Source of the DNA: Octopus vulgaris
Taxonomy: Eukaryota
Length of the DNA stretch: 64,000 nt
Direction of reading: 5' to 3'
Assembly (NCBI GenBank): GCA_951406725.2
Contig: OX597825.1
Location: 17,236,001-17,300,000, forward strand
Shown: piece by piece, positions 13,032 to 25,947 of the stretch
How positions within the stretch are numbered: position 1 is the stretch's first letter
Layout of the letters: every line of letters starts with the position of its first letter
Translations under genes and position numbers: made by a program
The notes under the pieces: generated by a model
What the model saw: only the letters and a program-made list of their open reading frames with translations
The model's database searches: none
Told to the model about the DNA's origin: nothing

Positions 13032-13062
<31 letters not shown>

Positions 13063-13350
13063 GTGTATGCGCATGGACACTGACCCACACGCATGCCCAC
13101 AATAAAAAAACAGAACGTACTTCGGATAACAGAGTCAACAACTAATGAAATGGCTGCAAGACGCAACGAAAAGTTTAGAAAAAATAAATAAGTAAATGAG
13201 TGAAAACTAAACCAGTGAGTGTGTTAAATAATAAGGCACTAAAAGAGAATGACTGTCCCCAGACACAACAAAATATGCTTCAACACATGAACTCAAATAA
13301 AGAATCTGGCAAAACGAAATCGAATTATTAAAATAACAAGAAAATTATAT

Positions 13351-13612
13351 ATGTAAAGTATAATAGCCATCTCAATATGGCTAACCACAAAGGGTGGGTG
13401 TTACTGTAGCTTTTAGCCCCAGGAGATCATCGTCTCCAGCTGGCTTTAGGCACACTATCTGTGCCCTTATGAAATTTGCAAAGGGAGGCCATCCCTTTCT
13501 CGTAAGCTAAAAGCTACAGTAACACCCACTCTTTGTGTTTTAGCCATATTGAGATGGCTATTATACTTTACATTGTCGAGCGGTTACTGTTTACATCTCG
13601 CTCAGAGATTTA
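13351..13612. mobile_element. Fold-back repeat family F, copy 1
   Basis: Arms 13351-13417 and 13506-13573; homologous to 35063-35260 and 50300-50534. Confidence 0.8.
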
Positions 13613-13989
13613 ATAATGCAAGAAAATTATAGAAAAGAGTAAAACAAACTGAAGAGAGACACGTAATCATATAAGGTAATCGCATATAGATATACACAGT
13701 GGCTTTGAGTACGCCAGATGCCGCACTGACGAATGAAACATAGGCATATAAATAAAAGGAAGACACAACTGCACCGAATGTAGACGCGAAAGAGTATACA
13801 TCAATTATATTATAGCTATTTTGATTATAATTATACAAACCGTGAATTATATCTTAACATTAAAATTTCATGCAAAGCTAACTTCCAAACTCCATTTAGA
13901 AGTATGCACACACAAACACACACACACCCGCGCAGACACAGACACACACACATCTATGCATGTATGTATGTATCTGTGTGTATACTTAT

Positions 13990-14047
13990 ATATATTATAT
14001 GTATTATATATATAAATATGTATATATATATACATACATATATATAT

Positions 14048-14078
<31 letters not shown>

Positions 14079-14270
14079 ATATATATGTTATATATATATA
14101 TGATATATATATATATATATTATGCATAAATATTATGTATATATATATTACGTATATATCATATATATATTATGAATATATATAATACACACACACATAT
14201 ATTATATATATAAATATATATGTATACATATATATATATATTTAGATATATAATATATAATGCATATACA
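13990..14270. repeat. Degenerate (TA)n tract
   Basis: Direct reading. Confidence 0.9.
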
Positions 14271-14678
14271 TATTAAAATACCCGCACTTGGAATGGGGAA
14301 CAGCAGAACACCAGAGAAAACAAAACAACAGAATACAATATTCACAAATGAAACGATATGAAAGTAAATGAAGATGATCGAATAAATATATTAAACTGAT
14401 AAAATAAATGAGAAGTTATAATTTACAGTATTGTCTATTGCTGATTCTGGCATCTACTGAACCACAAAACCACCAGATATATACGTACATAAATGCATGA
14501 ATACACATATGAATTTCTGCACACCACGCAGACACGCACGTATACGTACGCTGATAAGTAATTATTTTAGACTTGGTTATGCACCTGCTATCTCCTGAAT
14601 TCTATATTGTTTGTCTCCTTTGTAACACATACGAGTGCGTACCACCCTACACAGGTACACACACAGACGGACAGACAG

Positions 14679-14712
<34 letters not shown>

Positions 14713-14975
14713 ACATATTTGTAATACTATAAATTATAATTATAATTAAGACAACAGAGAGAACCATGCCTATACATTATAAGGTGTTGATATAGAGTAG
14801 ATGGACGATTTAGCGTCTATTTTCAGCATATAAGTATGGTCCTCTCTGTGATCTTTATTATATCTGTATGTTATTCTATTTTAAATCTCTATACATGAAT
14901 TTACCGAAGTAGGTCTGTTTTATATGCTGGCCACTCATAAAACTTTTAATGATTTTATCGTTTATTCTATATATC

Positions 14976-15054
<79 letters not shown>

Positions 15055-15261
15055 TATATATATATATGTATATATATACACACACACATATATATACATG
15101 TATATATATATAGTAAAAGCAATTAAGATTCAAGTCAATTCTAATGAATTCACTTGAATGCGGTACCTAACTTAGATGCACCAGAAAACTATATGGTATT
15201 AACCATACAATAATGTGGGGTGATTATAAATGAGAAAAAAGCAAGAAGAATGGATTAGTTT

Positions 15262-15352
15262 TTTTAGTACAATTGTTTCATACAAAGACAAACTTTATTA
15301 AAAGCTGCAAATATTGCAGCAAATACAAGTGTCCCGTACTCATCAGCTAAAA
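15262..15352 (-). ncRNA. Type-I hammerhead ribozyme with a long stem II
   Basis: Minus strand: UUUUAG-CUGAUGA-[GUACGGGACA...GCUGCAA UAU UUGCAGC...UGUCUUUGUAU]-GAA-ACAAUUGU-A^-CUAAAA; 6-bp stem I, intact core, palindromic stem III. Confidence 0.85.
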
Positions 15353-15529
15353 TACATATGAGTTCTCCAAGCATCCTAGTGGGTGAGGCTACACTCATGA
15401 AGTATCGGAGATAGTTCTATAAAAAGCAAATTTAGGTTGTAAGCGGACATATATATATATATATATATAGGCATATATATTTATATACATACATATATAG
15501 ATAAACATGCATGTATTACATATGTGAGA

Positions 15530-15700
15530 AGTGGTATGGCTAAATGGTTAGAACGTCGCGCTTACAAACGCCAGGTTGAGAATTCAATTCCCGATCAGCG
15601 CTGTGTGATGTGTTCTTGAGCAAGACTCTTTATTTCACGTTGTTCCAGTCCAATCAGCCGCAGAAATAAATTGTGGCATCATTGGTGTATCGGCCTTCAT
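15530..15700 (+). mobile_element. Diverged tRNA-derived CORE-type SINE, head D
   Basis: TGGCTAAATGGTTAG...AATTCAATTCCC...TTGAGCAAGACTCTTTATTTCACGTTGTTCCAGTCCA. Confidence 0.75.
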
Positions 15701-16206
15701 CTTTCTCTTGCCAGCATGCGTTGACTGGTATGCATGCGCGCTTGCTGTTCTTCCATAATATAACCTCTCTCGGACTTCTGCTTCGGTGGGGAGCATTGTT
15801 GGTGCACTAAGGGGGCTTTAACCTATATACGTATGTAGGTATATGAAAATCCTCTTAGATTATATAGCGATAAAAAAATTCATTAAAATTCAATTTAAAG
15901 TTTATGAGAATGAAATGAAGAAGAGAGAAAACTATTAACTGAAAAGTTATGGCCGAAATGTGTATAAATTTACCATGTTGTTACAATGTTTAATTCCGAA
16001 TACAGATTGTATATATTGATAAATATAATTAATTGTCTATAGCTTCCAATAAATGGGCAGTTGATTTTGTAGACTATAAAAGTCTGCACTAAATATGCGT
16101 ACACTTATATACTTTATTACTTAATTTACATACACAGACACAGACACAAACACACCACACACACACACGTACATTCATGTGTATATTCCTATATATTTAT
16201 ACATAC

Positions 16207-16284
<78 letters not shown>

Positions 16285-16380
16285 ATATATAGTTCAAATT
16301 TGCAGAAAAGCAATAGACGAAGACAGGTGTATGAACAACAAGCAAGTGTATTAGTTCGATGCTCGGGGAATTGAGAAGGT

Positions 16381-16416
16381 ATTTTACGTTTCGAGCCTAC
16401 GCTCTTCATCAGAAAG
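16381..16416 (-). ncRNA. Ultra-minimal hammerhead-like motif
   Basis: Minus strand: CUUU-CUGAUGA-A-GAGC GUAG GCUC-GAA-ACGU-A^-AAA; stem III is only the palindrome ACGU, so it would need to dimerise. Confidence 0.6.
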
Positions 16417-16743
16417 GAATAAAAGAAAATAAACCGTGAGAGAATGAAAAATACTTGGGGATTTAGCGATCGGGTTATATCGTATTGCTACAACGGTCAC
16501 GTTACAAGTCTTTATTAAACATATCGCAGTCAGGGATGTGGTATGCACAACATTCATGGTATGTCACGCAGCGCTCAAATCTTGAGTTGTGTAACATTCT
16601 CCATTCATTGATCAAGTCTGTAGTAATTAAATATTTTGTCATTCTCTCTAACCAGGTTGTTAATTGCTTCATATGTTATGTCTCGGTCCTCTGTGGATGC
16701 CTTCCCGTGAAATTTCCATACTTATCTACATACACATATACAT

Positions 16744-17385
16744 GATGGCCGTCCACTTGTGAGCGTGTACGACCATTGCTGACCTTTAGGAATATTGGGC
16801 GCTCTAAGACCAACTTACATTATGAAATTGCGGCTTCATTGGTGACTAATGAGCCCTGCCCTTGTGAAGCATACACGGCTACAAACATTGCAAACTAAGC
16901 TTTCCCCATCCAGTACACTAGCAGTGTTCTTTTGAGCAACACGCCGCTTAAATTCATAGGGTAGAATACGTGATCTATCAAAGGTATCGACCCCCTTCTT
17001 AACCTGCTTCCTCCATCTCTGACGATACGGGCAATGTTCTCCCAGTCGGTCTCATGCATATCACGGGCCTTTAATGAAAACTTTAGACAGTCCTTATATT
17101 GCAGCCTTGGTTTCTACCGGAGTCTCTTGTCGCTAAGTAATTCCCTTTATAGCCTCTGTTTAGGGATCCTGCTATCCTTTATTGGAATAAGGTGTCCACG
17201 TAACTGGTGATTTTGCACCATAGCCTCAATACTCAAGATATCAACTTTCCTCAGGACCTGTATGTCTAGGGTTTTTAAGGTCCAACCAACGTTCAGAATG
17301 TTTCTCAAACATCTCTATTGAAAGCATTCAAGAACGTTTACATGACATTTGTAAAGGGTCCATGTCACACATAAATAGAGGCGCG
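16744..17385 (-). mobile_element. Decayed RTE-clade LINE 3' end
   Basis: Minus strand: VTWTLYKCHVNVLECFQ*RCLRNILNVGW, SIEAMV, SRIPKQRLY, KPRLQYKDCLK, TDWENIA and a terminal zinc-knuckle-like C..CSRVC...GLISH. Confidence 0.85.
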
Positions 17386-17845
17386 ATACACACATACATA
17401 CATACATACATACATACATACATACATACATGCACACACATACATACATACATACGTACATACATACATACATACACACGCACACACACACCTATATTTG
17501 CAATATTGCCATGCAATAGTAAGCATTTGGTTAAAAATACATATGTACACGTCCAGCAGTATATTGTATTTTTAATTTCCCTTGGATGGTTTCTTAACCT
17601 CTAACTCATACACAAACACACACACATACACGCACATACACACTCACATATCTATATAATTGGGACAAATAATTATAAGTCGATTAGCGTGTTTAAATGT
17701 AGAGTATTGCATCGGCACATTTTGGGCTACTTGTTGTCATCCACAGTCATGGTACGCTTCGGTTGTATCTACTTCAGGAACTCCGCAGTGGCAGTTAGCG
17801 TAATACTATTAATTAACAGGAGACAGACTCGGTATTAAATCTTTA

Positions 17846-18340
17846 TTAGTTACAACGTATGTTTCGACCCATCTTAAACAAACAGGCCCCTTATTATCAC
17901 ACAGCCTTAGCTAAGGCTGGATATCGTAGGAATATCCTATACGCTCCTAGCAGTAGTAGTAGTAGTAGTAGTAATAATGATAATAACCATAATAGCTCAA
18001 TGACTAAAAGCATGAATACTTATTATTATAACCTTATCAAACACAACACTAACCACACACATAAAGTTAATAACCTAGATAATAGCATCACAAACCGAAA
18101 GAACAGGCTAAAGAGACGTAGATACATAAGAACCAACTATGCGCTAGAGAAAAGTAGCAAAATGCAATATAAATATTTGATACCACAAAATCTCAACGCT
18201 ACTCCAAACACCCGAACAAAATGCCCCAACAGGAAAGACAAAAGCCAGGACATCCTCGGGTATAACCCGAGTTAAAACCTATTGAAGTGGTAACCATGAA
18301 ACCTATGCTAAAGAAGAACCGTATTCGAATAACATGTATT
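17846..18340 (+). mobile_element. Penelope-like element remnant
   Basis: KQAPYYHTALAKAGYRRNILY resembles the PLE post-thumb motif; degenerate hammerhead-like cores near 18283-18340 (+) and an inverted GAAAC..GU half near 17850-17870. Confidence 0.5.
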
Positions 18341-18414
18341 TAGACATCTAGCTTTACAATGGAGCTATGTATAAGTAAAATGTACCAATAAATACCACCA
18401 GACATGATGAATAG

Positions 18415-20127
18415 ACTGGGAAGAGGAATAGTCCAGGGAGACACATTCTCTTCACTCCTTTTCTGCTTGGCATCGGCACCTTTATCTCATATATTAAATA
18501 GAACTGGATGCGGATAAAACTGTTAGACACCTCTTATAATTGAATGACCTAAAAATGTATGCTACAAATGATAAACAGCTGAAAGCATTACTACAGACAG
18601 TACACGAATTTTCTAAAGAAATGAAAATGAAATTTGGCTTAGAAATATGTGCCAAAGCAAACTTGAAAAAAGGAAAACTAGTTAAGAGTAGCCACATAAC
18701 ACTAGATAAAGCAAACGAAATAAGAGAATTAGACCAAAGCCAGACATACAATATTTAGGAGTCAATGAACTACATATGATACAGCACACGCAAATGAAAG
18801 AGAAAATGAAAAAAAGAATACTATAGACGAGTTAGATTAATACTGAAAACATAGGACAATGCGAAAAACAAGATAATAAGTATCAACACTTTAGCCGCCC
18901 CAGTTATAAGTTACAGCTACAATATTCTTAACTGGACACTAAATGAACTAATCATAATAGAGAGGAAAATAAAAAAAATAATGACAGGATTTAGGATGCA
19001 CCACTCAAAAGCTGCCATAGAAATGTTATATATACAATGTATAGAAGGTGGTAGACGCTTTATACAGCTAGAAAACTATTACAAAATAACCACAATAGGA
19101 CTGCAAAAATACTTGCTTCAAATGATAGGAAAACTAATAAAATAGCCGCAAAATACGAACAAGACAATACAAAAAGAACAGTATTCAGCCTTTAAGGAAG
19201 CTGACAAATACAAACAGGAAGTCATAGTAACTAACAAATATGAAGAAAAAGAAGAAACAACAAAAACTGTAAAACAAATGTAATCCATACTGAAACTAGA
19301 ACAGCAACGGATCATTATAAAACAATGGCAAGAAAATCCCCTTCATGGCAAATACTAGGCTACACTAAACGCAAAAGAAACAGTCAAAGCAAAATCCCAG
19401 CAATGACTGAGAAGCTTTGGACCCAAAGCATAGACTGAAGGATTATTAATTGCAGTATAAGACCAAATCCTTCCCACCAGAAATTATCAAAATCATATAA
19501 CGAAAAGAAACATAACAAGTAACTGTAGAATATGGAAAGATGGACAAGAAACAATGAATCATATTGTCTCTGCTTGCCCAATCCTGGCTATGAAGGGATA
19601 TATTTATAGACACAACAGAGTTGGGACCTATATACACTGGAAACTATGCTAACACCATGGAATAACAAAAGAAAAAAATTACATAGGCACACACCAGAAA
19701 AGGTCACAGAAAATAAGAAAGCAACAATACTATGAGATATGCCAATACGCACAGATAGAGAAATTAAGGCCAATAGGCCAGATATAGTTGTCAGAGATGG
19801 TGAAGAAAAATTGCCTTCTACTTGTTGTATCAATACTATCAGACGGCAAGAAATAGAAATACAAAGACCTAGAAATACCTAGAGGTAACTCGAATGTGGA
19901 TTCTAAAAGTAGAAACAATTTCTATCATAGTGGATGCATTAGGTATGATACAAAAATATTCAGACAAATACAAAACAAATACACCAGGTCTAACAAATAT
20001 ATATATAACATACAGAAAATAGCACTACTGGGCACATCACACATCTTACGCAAAACACTTTCAATACAGTAAGAATAAGAACATCACAGCAAGCCACAGC
20101 ACGTACTCAACGGACACAGAGCTACTG
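18415..20127 (+). mobile_element. 5'-truncated, decayed R4/Dong-clade non-LTR retrotransposon (RT, CCHC, restriction-like endonuclease)
   Basis: RGIVQGDTFSSLLFCLA; HLL*LNDLKMYA (decayed YMDD); MKFGLEICA; QETMNHIVSACPILA; RHNRVGTYIHWKLC; DMPIRTDREIKANRPDIVVRD; many stops and frameshifts; 3' end abuts (AAC)n(AAT)n. Confidence 0.92.
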
Positions 20128-20142
20128 AACAACAACAACAAC

Positions 20143-20186
<44 letters not shown>

Positions 20187-20194
20187 TAATAAAA

Positions 20195-20260
<66 letters not shown>
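20128..20260. repeat. (AAC)n(AAT)n microsatellite at the 3' end of the R4/Dong element
   Basis: Direct reading. Confidence 0.95.
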
Positions 20261-21586
20261 GACAAACGAATGAGACCTTGATATTAGAGAGACAGAGAAT
20301 TAATTATAAATGTGTATAATTTAGAACAAACAGTAACAGTCTGTTATTATAGTACTCGAAGTTTAGAATATATCGTAGCTCTTCGCCCAGACATTTGAAA
20401 CTCCGAGTACAACAACGGCAACCATTTGCTGTTTGTTTTAAATTATAGCACACACACATACACACACCACACACACACACACCACACACACACACAACAC
20501 ACGCCAATATCGTCAGAAAATTATAAATCCGAAGCTATCGGACTCTCCCTATATTTCAGGAGTTTCCTACGGAAGTACTGGTACCCACAGTCCAACTGGG
20601 GCCGATTACGGATAGCAGTTTTAAGGAGACTATCCCTTGCGCAGAGCCCGAGCCCTTCTACTTTGCCGGTGAAGAGAGGCTGTAAATCTGAGCGCTTTAT
20701 GGACGTGAAACCCTGGGTACCCAATCGATTGGGTATAATTAAGTTTTTCTTATATATATATATATATATATACGCGTGCGTCCGTGTGTGTGTGTTGTCT
20801 GCATGAGTTGATGGCTGGGTGATTATTGTCTGAAAGGTCTGTATATTGTTGCTTTCTACTAAGTTCCAGTATACATGCGTAGAGAATGTATGTGTGCGTT
20901 TTTGCTTGATGATATTCACTCATAAATAAGCAGAGACTTTTAAAAAATTAAAATTTAATTAGAAGCTAATTGGGCATTAAATATTAATATTTAATATAAC
21001 TTAATACCACCGTCCCCAACTTAAGATTTTAGTTTAGAGACATCGTATTTATTTAATAATTCCAGTATATTATAAAAACCCAAACGAAACATACGTGCCG
21101 AACACTTGAGATTTGCCATTCCATATGTAAAAGTATTAAAATTGAAATAAGCAAGAAGAACATATAAATATATGTTCAATATGAATTGGCAGTAAATTGA
21201 TCGAGAAATCATTCGAAATAATCTTAGACACTATTGATATTTATAGATTAATTGTAGATTTATAACCAAAGCTCTTTGAAAGATATAAAATATTATAAAT
21301 TTCTAATAAAATACTTTGAAAGTTACATTCAAGCAGACAAGCATAGATGTATATAGACATATATAGTCGTCTAGGAATATGTATAACGGCGTATGTAAAT
21401 GTGTCTATGGGGAACATATTTTCATTTAAATCTGTATGAAAATCACGACTGTGTTGTAGATTTAAATTAATTTAGATGCTTATTCTTAGATATTTTAATA
21501 TATTTTCCATAACGTTCCGACAGCAAAATTCTAAATCCATCGCCAGTGTTTTGATAAAAATAATTTTACCGTGCATTGTATTTTTG

Positions 21587-21620
<34 letters not shown>

Positions 21621-21912
21621 CACACACACACATATATATATATATATATCATATATATATATATATATATACATATGTATATATATAAAATACAAAATGG
21701 GACAAGGACGCAAAACATCCAGACAACTAGGTGATACAAAACGGGACAACAAGACATCCAAGTAGACGATACAAAAACACAAGGACGGGTCATTCGAAGC
21801 TTTTTTTCCTCAGTCAAGAACCGGATCATTCTTTAAGCTAAGAGCATTTGATTCCTCGGAAGAAAGCATCGAATGTATACGAAAACAAGGACAGAAAAAT
21901 AGACGATGTTAT

Positions 21913-21994
<82 letters not shown>

Positions 21995-22419
21995 CGGGGT
22001 CATCTTAACCCATGTGAATATATGCTAAGCTTCAAGGATTTATTTGTAAAAATATCACGAAAATTCATTAGGTAAGGACATCTGTAACTTGCAGAAACCC
22101 AGCTTGCAAGCTAATGACAAGACGAATAACTGTACGATACGTGATACAAAATTGTTTCTCATATTTTGCAACCACCATCGTCTTCCTCTTACAAATCTTC
22201 CTCTTTCTCTGAATATTAAAATATTCGTCTTTCCTCCTTATACTCTCGAATCTCTGGCGTTTTCTATGGAGACATGATTGAAAACATCAGTCCGGGCATA
22301 ACGTGTGGATGTTTACAGAGCGTAATGATTTTTAACCTGAAGTGTGTTCAGACTCTTCATTAGATTCGGAAAAGTAATTTAATTCCAGAAATTATAATAT
22401 TTTATGTGTTATCTCTAGT

Positions 22420-22840
22420 CTTTTGTCTCTTAGTGATGGAGTACCGTCTTGAAAGATTTTACTCGAGAGAATCGACCCCAGTACTTACTGTTCTGAAGCA
22501 TGTTTCTTAATCTGGCGAACCACTACGTTAGAGGACGTAAACAACCCTAAGCCTGTCGTTAAGCGATGTTCGAGAACTAAAATTTTTATAAAGACACCTC
22601 CCCACATATATATGTATGAACACACAAATACACACACATAAGACTACACACACACACATATATAAGCACATATACGACAGGCTTCTTTCAGTTTCCGTCA
22701 ACTAAACCTACACACAAGGTGTTCGTCGGACCGAATCTGTAGTGGATGCCACTTGCCCACGAAGCCGTGCACAAGAACTGAACCCGGAACTATGTTGTTG
22801 GGAGGCAGCCTTCTTACCACCCAGCTGCGCCTTCGCTTAT
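22420..22840 (-). mobile_element. Old diverged SINE family A
   Basis: ggcttctttcagtttccgtc, actgaacccggaac and atcgaccccagtactta motifs. Confidence 0.75.
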
Positions 22841-23622
22841 TTGTATGAACTTACAAAATATTTACGTCAGCACAACGAAGTTTACGGATGCCCATTGTTG
22901 TGAGTTTGTCAGCTAGTTTTGGGTCACTATTTTATGTGTATGTGTGTCAGTACGTGAGGATTCGCGGTTGTGTGTATATGAGTGTTGCTGTGTTTGTGTG
23001 TCTGGGTCTGTGTACGCACACTCACACACGCACGCACGCACGCACGCACGCACACACACACGGATATTTGAACTTATGAGCAGGGTAAATAAATAATATA
23101 ATTATAATACATATAATACAGTAAAATACATATAATAATAATACATATAATACAGTATCAATTAATGCACACTTATACGGAGGCCAACATATAAACATAG
23201 ACATAGATTTATTTCTAACAAAAATATTCTGTCAGTGAAATAAACAATTAACCTGCAATTAAATATATGCATAATACAACCCAGACAAAAAGTCACGCGA
23301 GCGTTAGGTATCATTTACAGTTTTAGAAAACTTTCCACAATTGACAAATGTTCGTAAGTAAGTATAACATTAAATAGAATCATCAAAATTTACGAGTAAA
23401 TTTTCCTAATATGAAATAAAACAACAGTAGCAACACACCAAATATTAAATCAGGATTTATTTTATTTTTCAGAGAAAATGTGTTTCCTACGTATGTAGTT
23501 ATATAGCAGTTTGAATCGAGTGACGACCCATAAAATCAATGGAATCCATTGAAGTTTGTAGCACTATATATATATATAATTTTGAAATTTACAGAAATTA
23601 GTTTGACGCTCAGGTAAGTGAG

Positions 23623-23660
23623 TCTTTCACGTTTCGAGCCTTTGCCCTTCAACAGAAAGA
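23623..23660 (-). ncRNA. Mutated minimal hammerhead motif, paralog of 16381-16416
   Basis: Minus strand: UCUUU-CUGUUGA-A-GGGC AAAG GCUC-GAA-ACGU-G-AAAGA; A6 changed to U and GUG triplet, so probably inactive. Confidence 0.5.
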
Positions 23661-23682
23661 AACACGAGGGAATAAATAGAAA

Positions 23683-23720
<38 letters not shown>

Positions 23721-23758
23721 GAAATATGTTACGAAAAGAAAATATAAAATACACGTGG

Positions 23759-23808
<50 letters not shown>

Positions 23809-25279
23809 TGGTTGAAAATTTAGAAATCTCAACGTTGTGTACTGGGCTTGCAGCATTTCGTTGTACATAGCAGCCAGTATTCAGTATTTTTCATGAATGC
23901 ATATATATGTGTAGCACTTCAGTGACCTGAGAAAGTACAGGACAAGTTATTACACTTGGAACTAGTTATTACATCTGGTAAAATGCAGAAGAAGAAAACT
24001 TTTAGTTAAAATATTGCAGCGAAGGATAAGATTTGAACATTAAAACTTATTTGATTTCAATTTACAAAGTAACATTATTATAAAAATTGGTACTATCCAT
24101 TTGCTAAAATATTGACACACTAGAATACTTAAAAAATGAGAGCTAGTAGTACCGATATAGCTAACGTTTTATACCAAGTGGGTAAATTCATTATGTAACA
24201 AATAAGCATTGGGACAAGACTAAATATGTGAAGTCTTGGCAATAACTTCGGCAATAACTCAAGTAAATTTTACTGTGAATTTATTGTCATAGGTAGATGT
24301 TATTATAATATACAATCATTTTTTATAACTCTACTTATGTACTACTAATTTATGTACTAACAGATTATGTACTACTATTATTTTCATAACCTATATCAAC
24401 ATTTCAAATTACCAATTAATAATTTAAAAAATGATTTTTTTTAAAGTGCAACAAATATTTTGCGTTATATTTTATTTTTAATGGAAGTGACAAGTTATTT
24501 TTAATAGAAGTAATAACTTGTACTAAAATTTTGAGTTTTAATAAAAGCTAATATTTTCTAAATCTAGATATTGTATTTGAAATTTTATCCTTAGCTGCAA
24601 TATTTTAAGTAACAAATTTTCTTGATCTGTACTTTACCAGATGTAATAACTTGTCCTGTACTTTTCCACATTTATAATATTAAGAATATTATTTCTCTTG
24701 CTCACACTTTCCATGTTATATATATATGTTAGCAGTTTAACAATGTACCAATAAATATAGGTAACCGATATGATATAGACTAAATATAGAACCACGGGAT
24801 GATTCCAAATATAGTGTATGCATAGAAATTTCTCCCTCTCTCTACCTCTCTTACTCTCCCCCCTCTCTCTCTCCCGCTCTAAATGTATATATGTAAAACT
24901 CCTTACTAAGTATATTCTCAATTGCCAGTTAATTCTACATAACTCCAAGCACGTTTAAATTGCCATGAAAATATTGGTATAATTTCCCGTAAACATTTGA
25001 ATTTAAATGAATTCTAACGAATAAATTATCAATCTCGTGGCCGACGTTGATTCAACGAGGGTATACAATTTGTTTGGCGTTTTCCCACTACACTCTACAC
25101 TCCCATACCTCGACGGATTCGTAGTCCTTAAATTAGTCATTGTCAGATAACTAATGAGTCTTGAATGTGCTTACTTCCCTTTTTAAAATACGTTAAAAAT
25201 GCGTCCTGAACAAAGAAGAAAAAAAACACATTTGTGACGACGGTTGTCATCTTAACCTTTATGATATACACTATCTTAA

Positions 25280-25620
25280 GAATCCAATGTCTCTGTGTTA
25301 TGCTTTCTTAGACCATCGTATCCACGCTAGCGCAGTAACCAGGAAATCCACATGAAATCTCAACACTCTTGAAGCAACTGCGCAACACAATTTGCTTCAT
25401 CAACGTGTATAAGAATATTAAACACTTGAAAAGCCAGCAGTTTTGATGAAGTGACAAAACGTATGCCAGCCAACAACAAACCGAAGACAAAGAAAAGAGA
25501 AAAACGCTTGATTTCATCGAAAACTGTCTCGTTCTGTCTGGTATTTGATATAATATCGATGAGGTTCATTCTATTTCATGTAATTGATGCTGGGTTCGAA
25601 ATCTTGAAAACAATCAGTTA
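25280..25620 (-). pseudogene. Decayed Helitron Pif1-like helicase fragment
   Basis: NLIDIISNTRQ, LLLAGIR, VAQLLQEC and KHNTETLD loosely follow the Helitron helicase order (LL.GGRTAHS; A.LL.EC.LI.WDE; EALD). Confidence 0.35.
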
Positions 25621-25793
25621 TAATTCAATGGTTGTTTATCTAGGTATCATATCGCTTATTGATGGTATCATTTTTGGCGTACTCATTGCTAAGTCTTTAT
25701 TCTGCTTGCTTTTTCTGTCCCGTCTGCTTAGCGCACATTGTTGACGATTTGGATCCCAGTATAAAATTAATTTTTTTAAAGAAAATTCCTTCT

Positions 25794-25910
25794 CAACATC
25801 ATGTATTCAGTTCCACTGCGTGGCCCCTTGGGAAAATGTCTTCTACTATAGCCTCGGTGTCACTAAATCCCCGTAAGCTGATTTGGTGGACGGACACTGA
25901 AAGAAGAACG

Positions 25911-25947
<37 letters not shown>

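Noticed and set aside
13400-13470. Calling family F a twister or HDV-like ribozyme outright
   Set aside because: The twister GA-plus-T1 segment after P2 and the HDV P1.1/P4/C75 arrangement could not be found; kept only as an unknown-structure hypothesis
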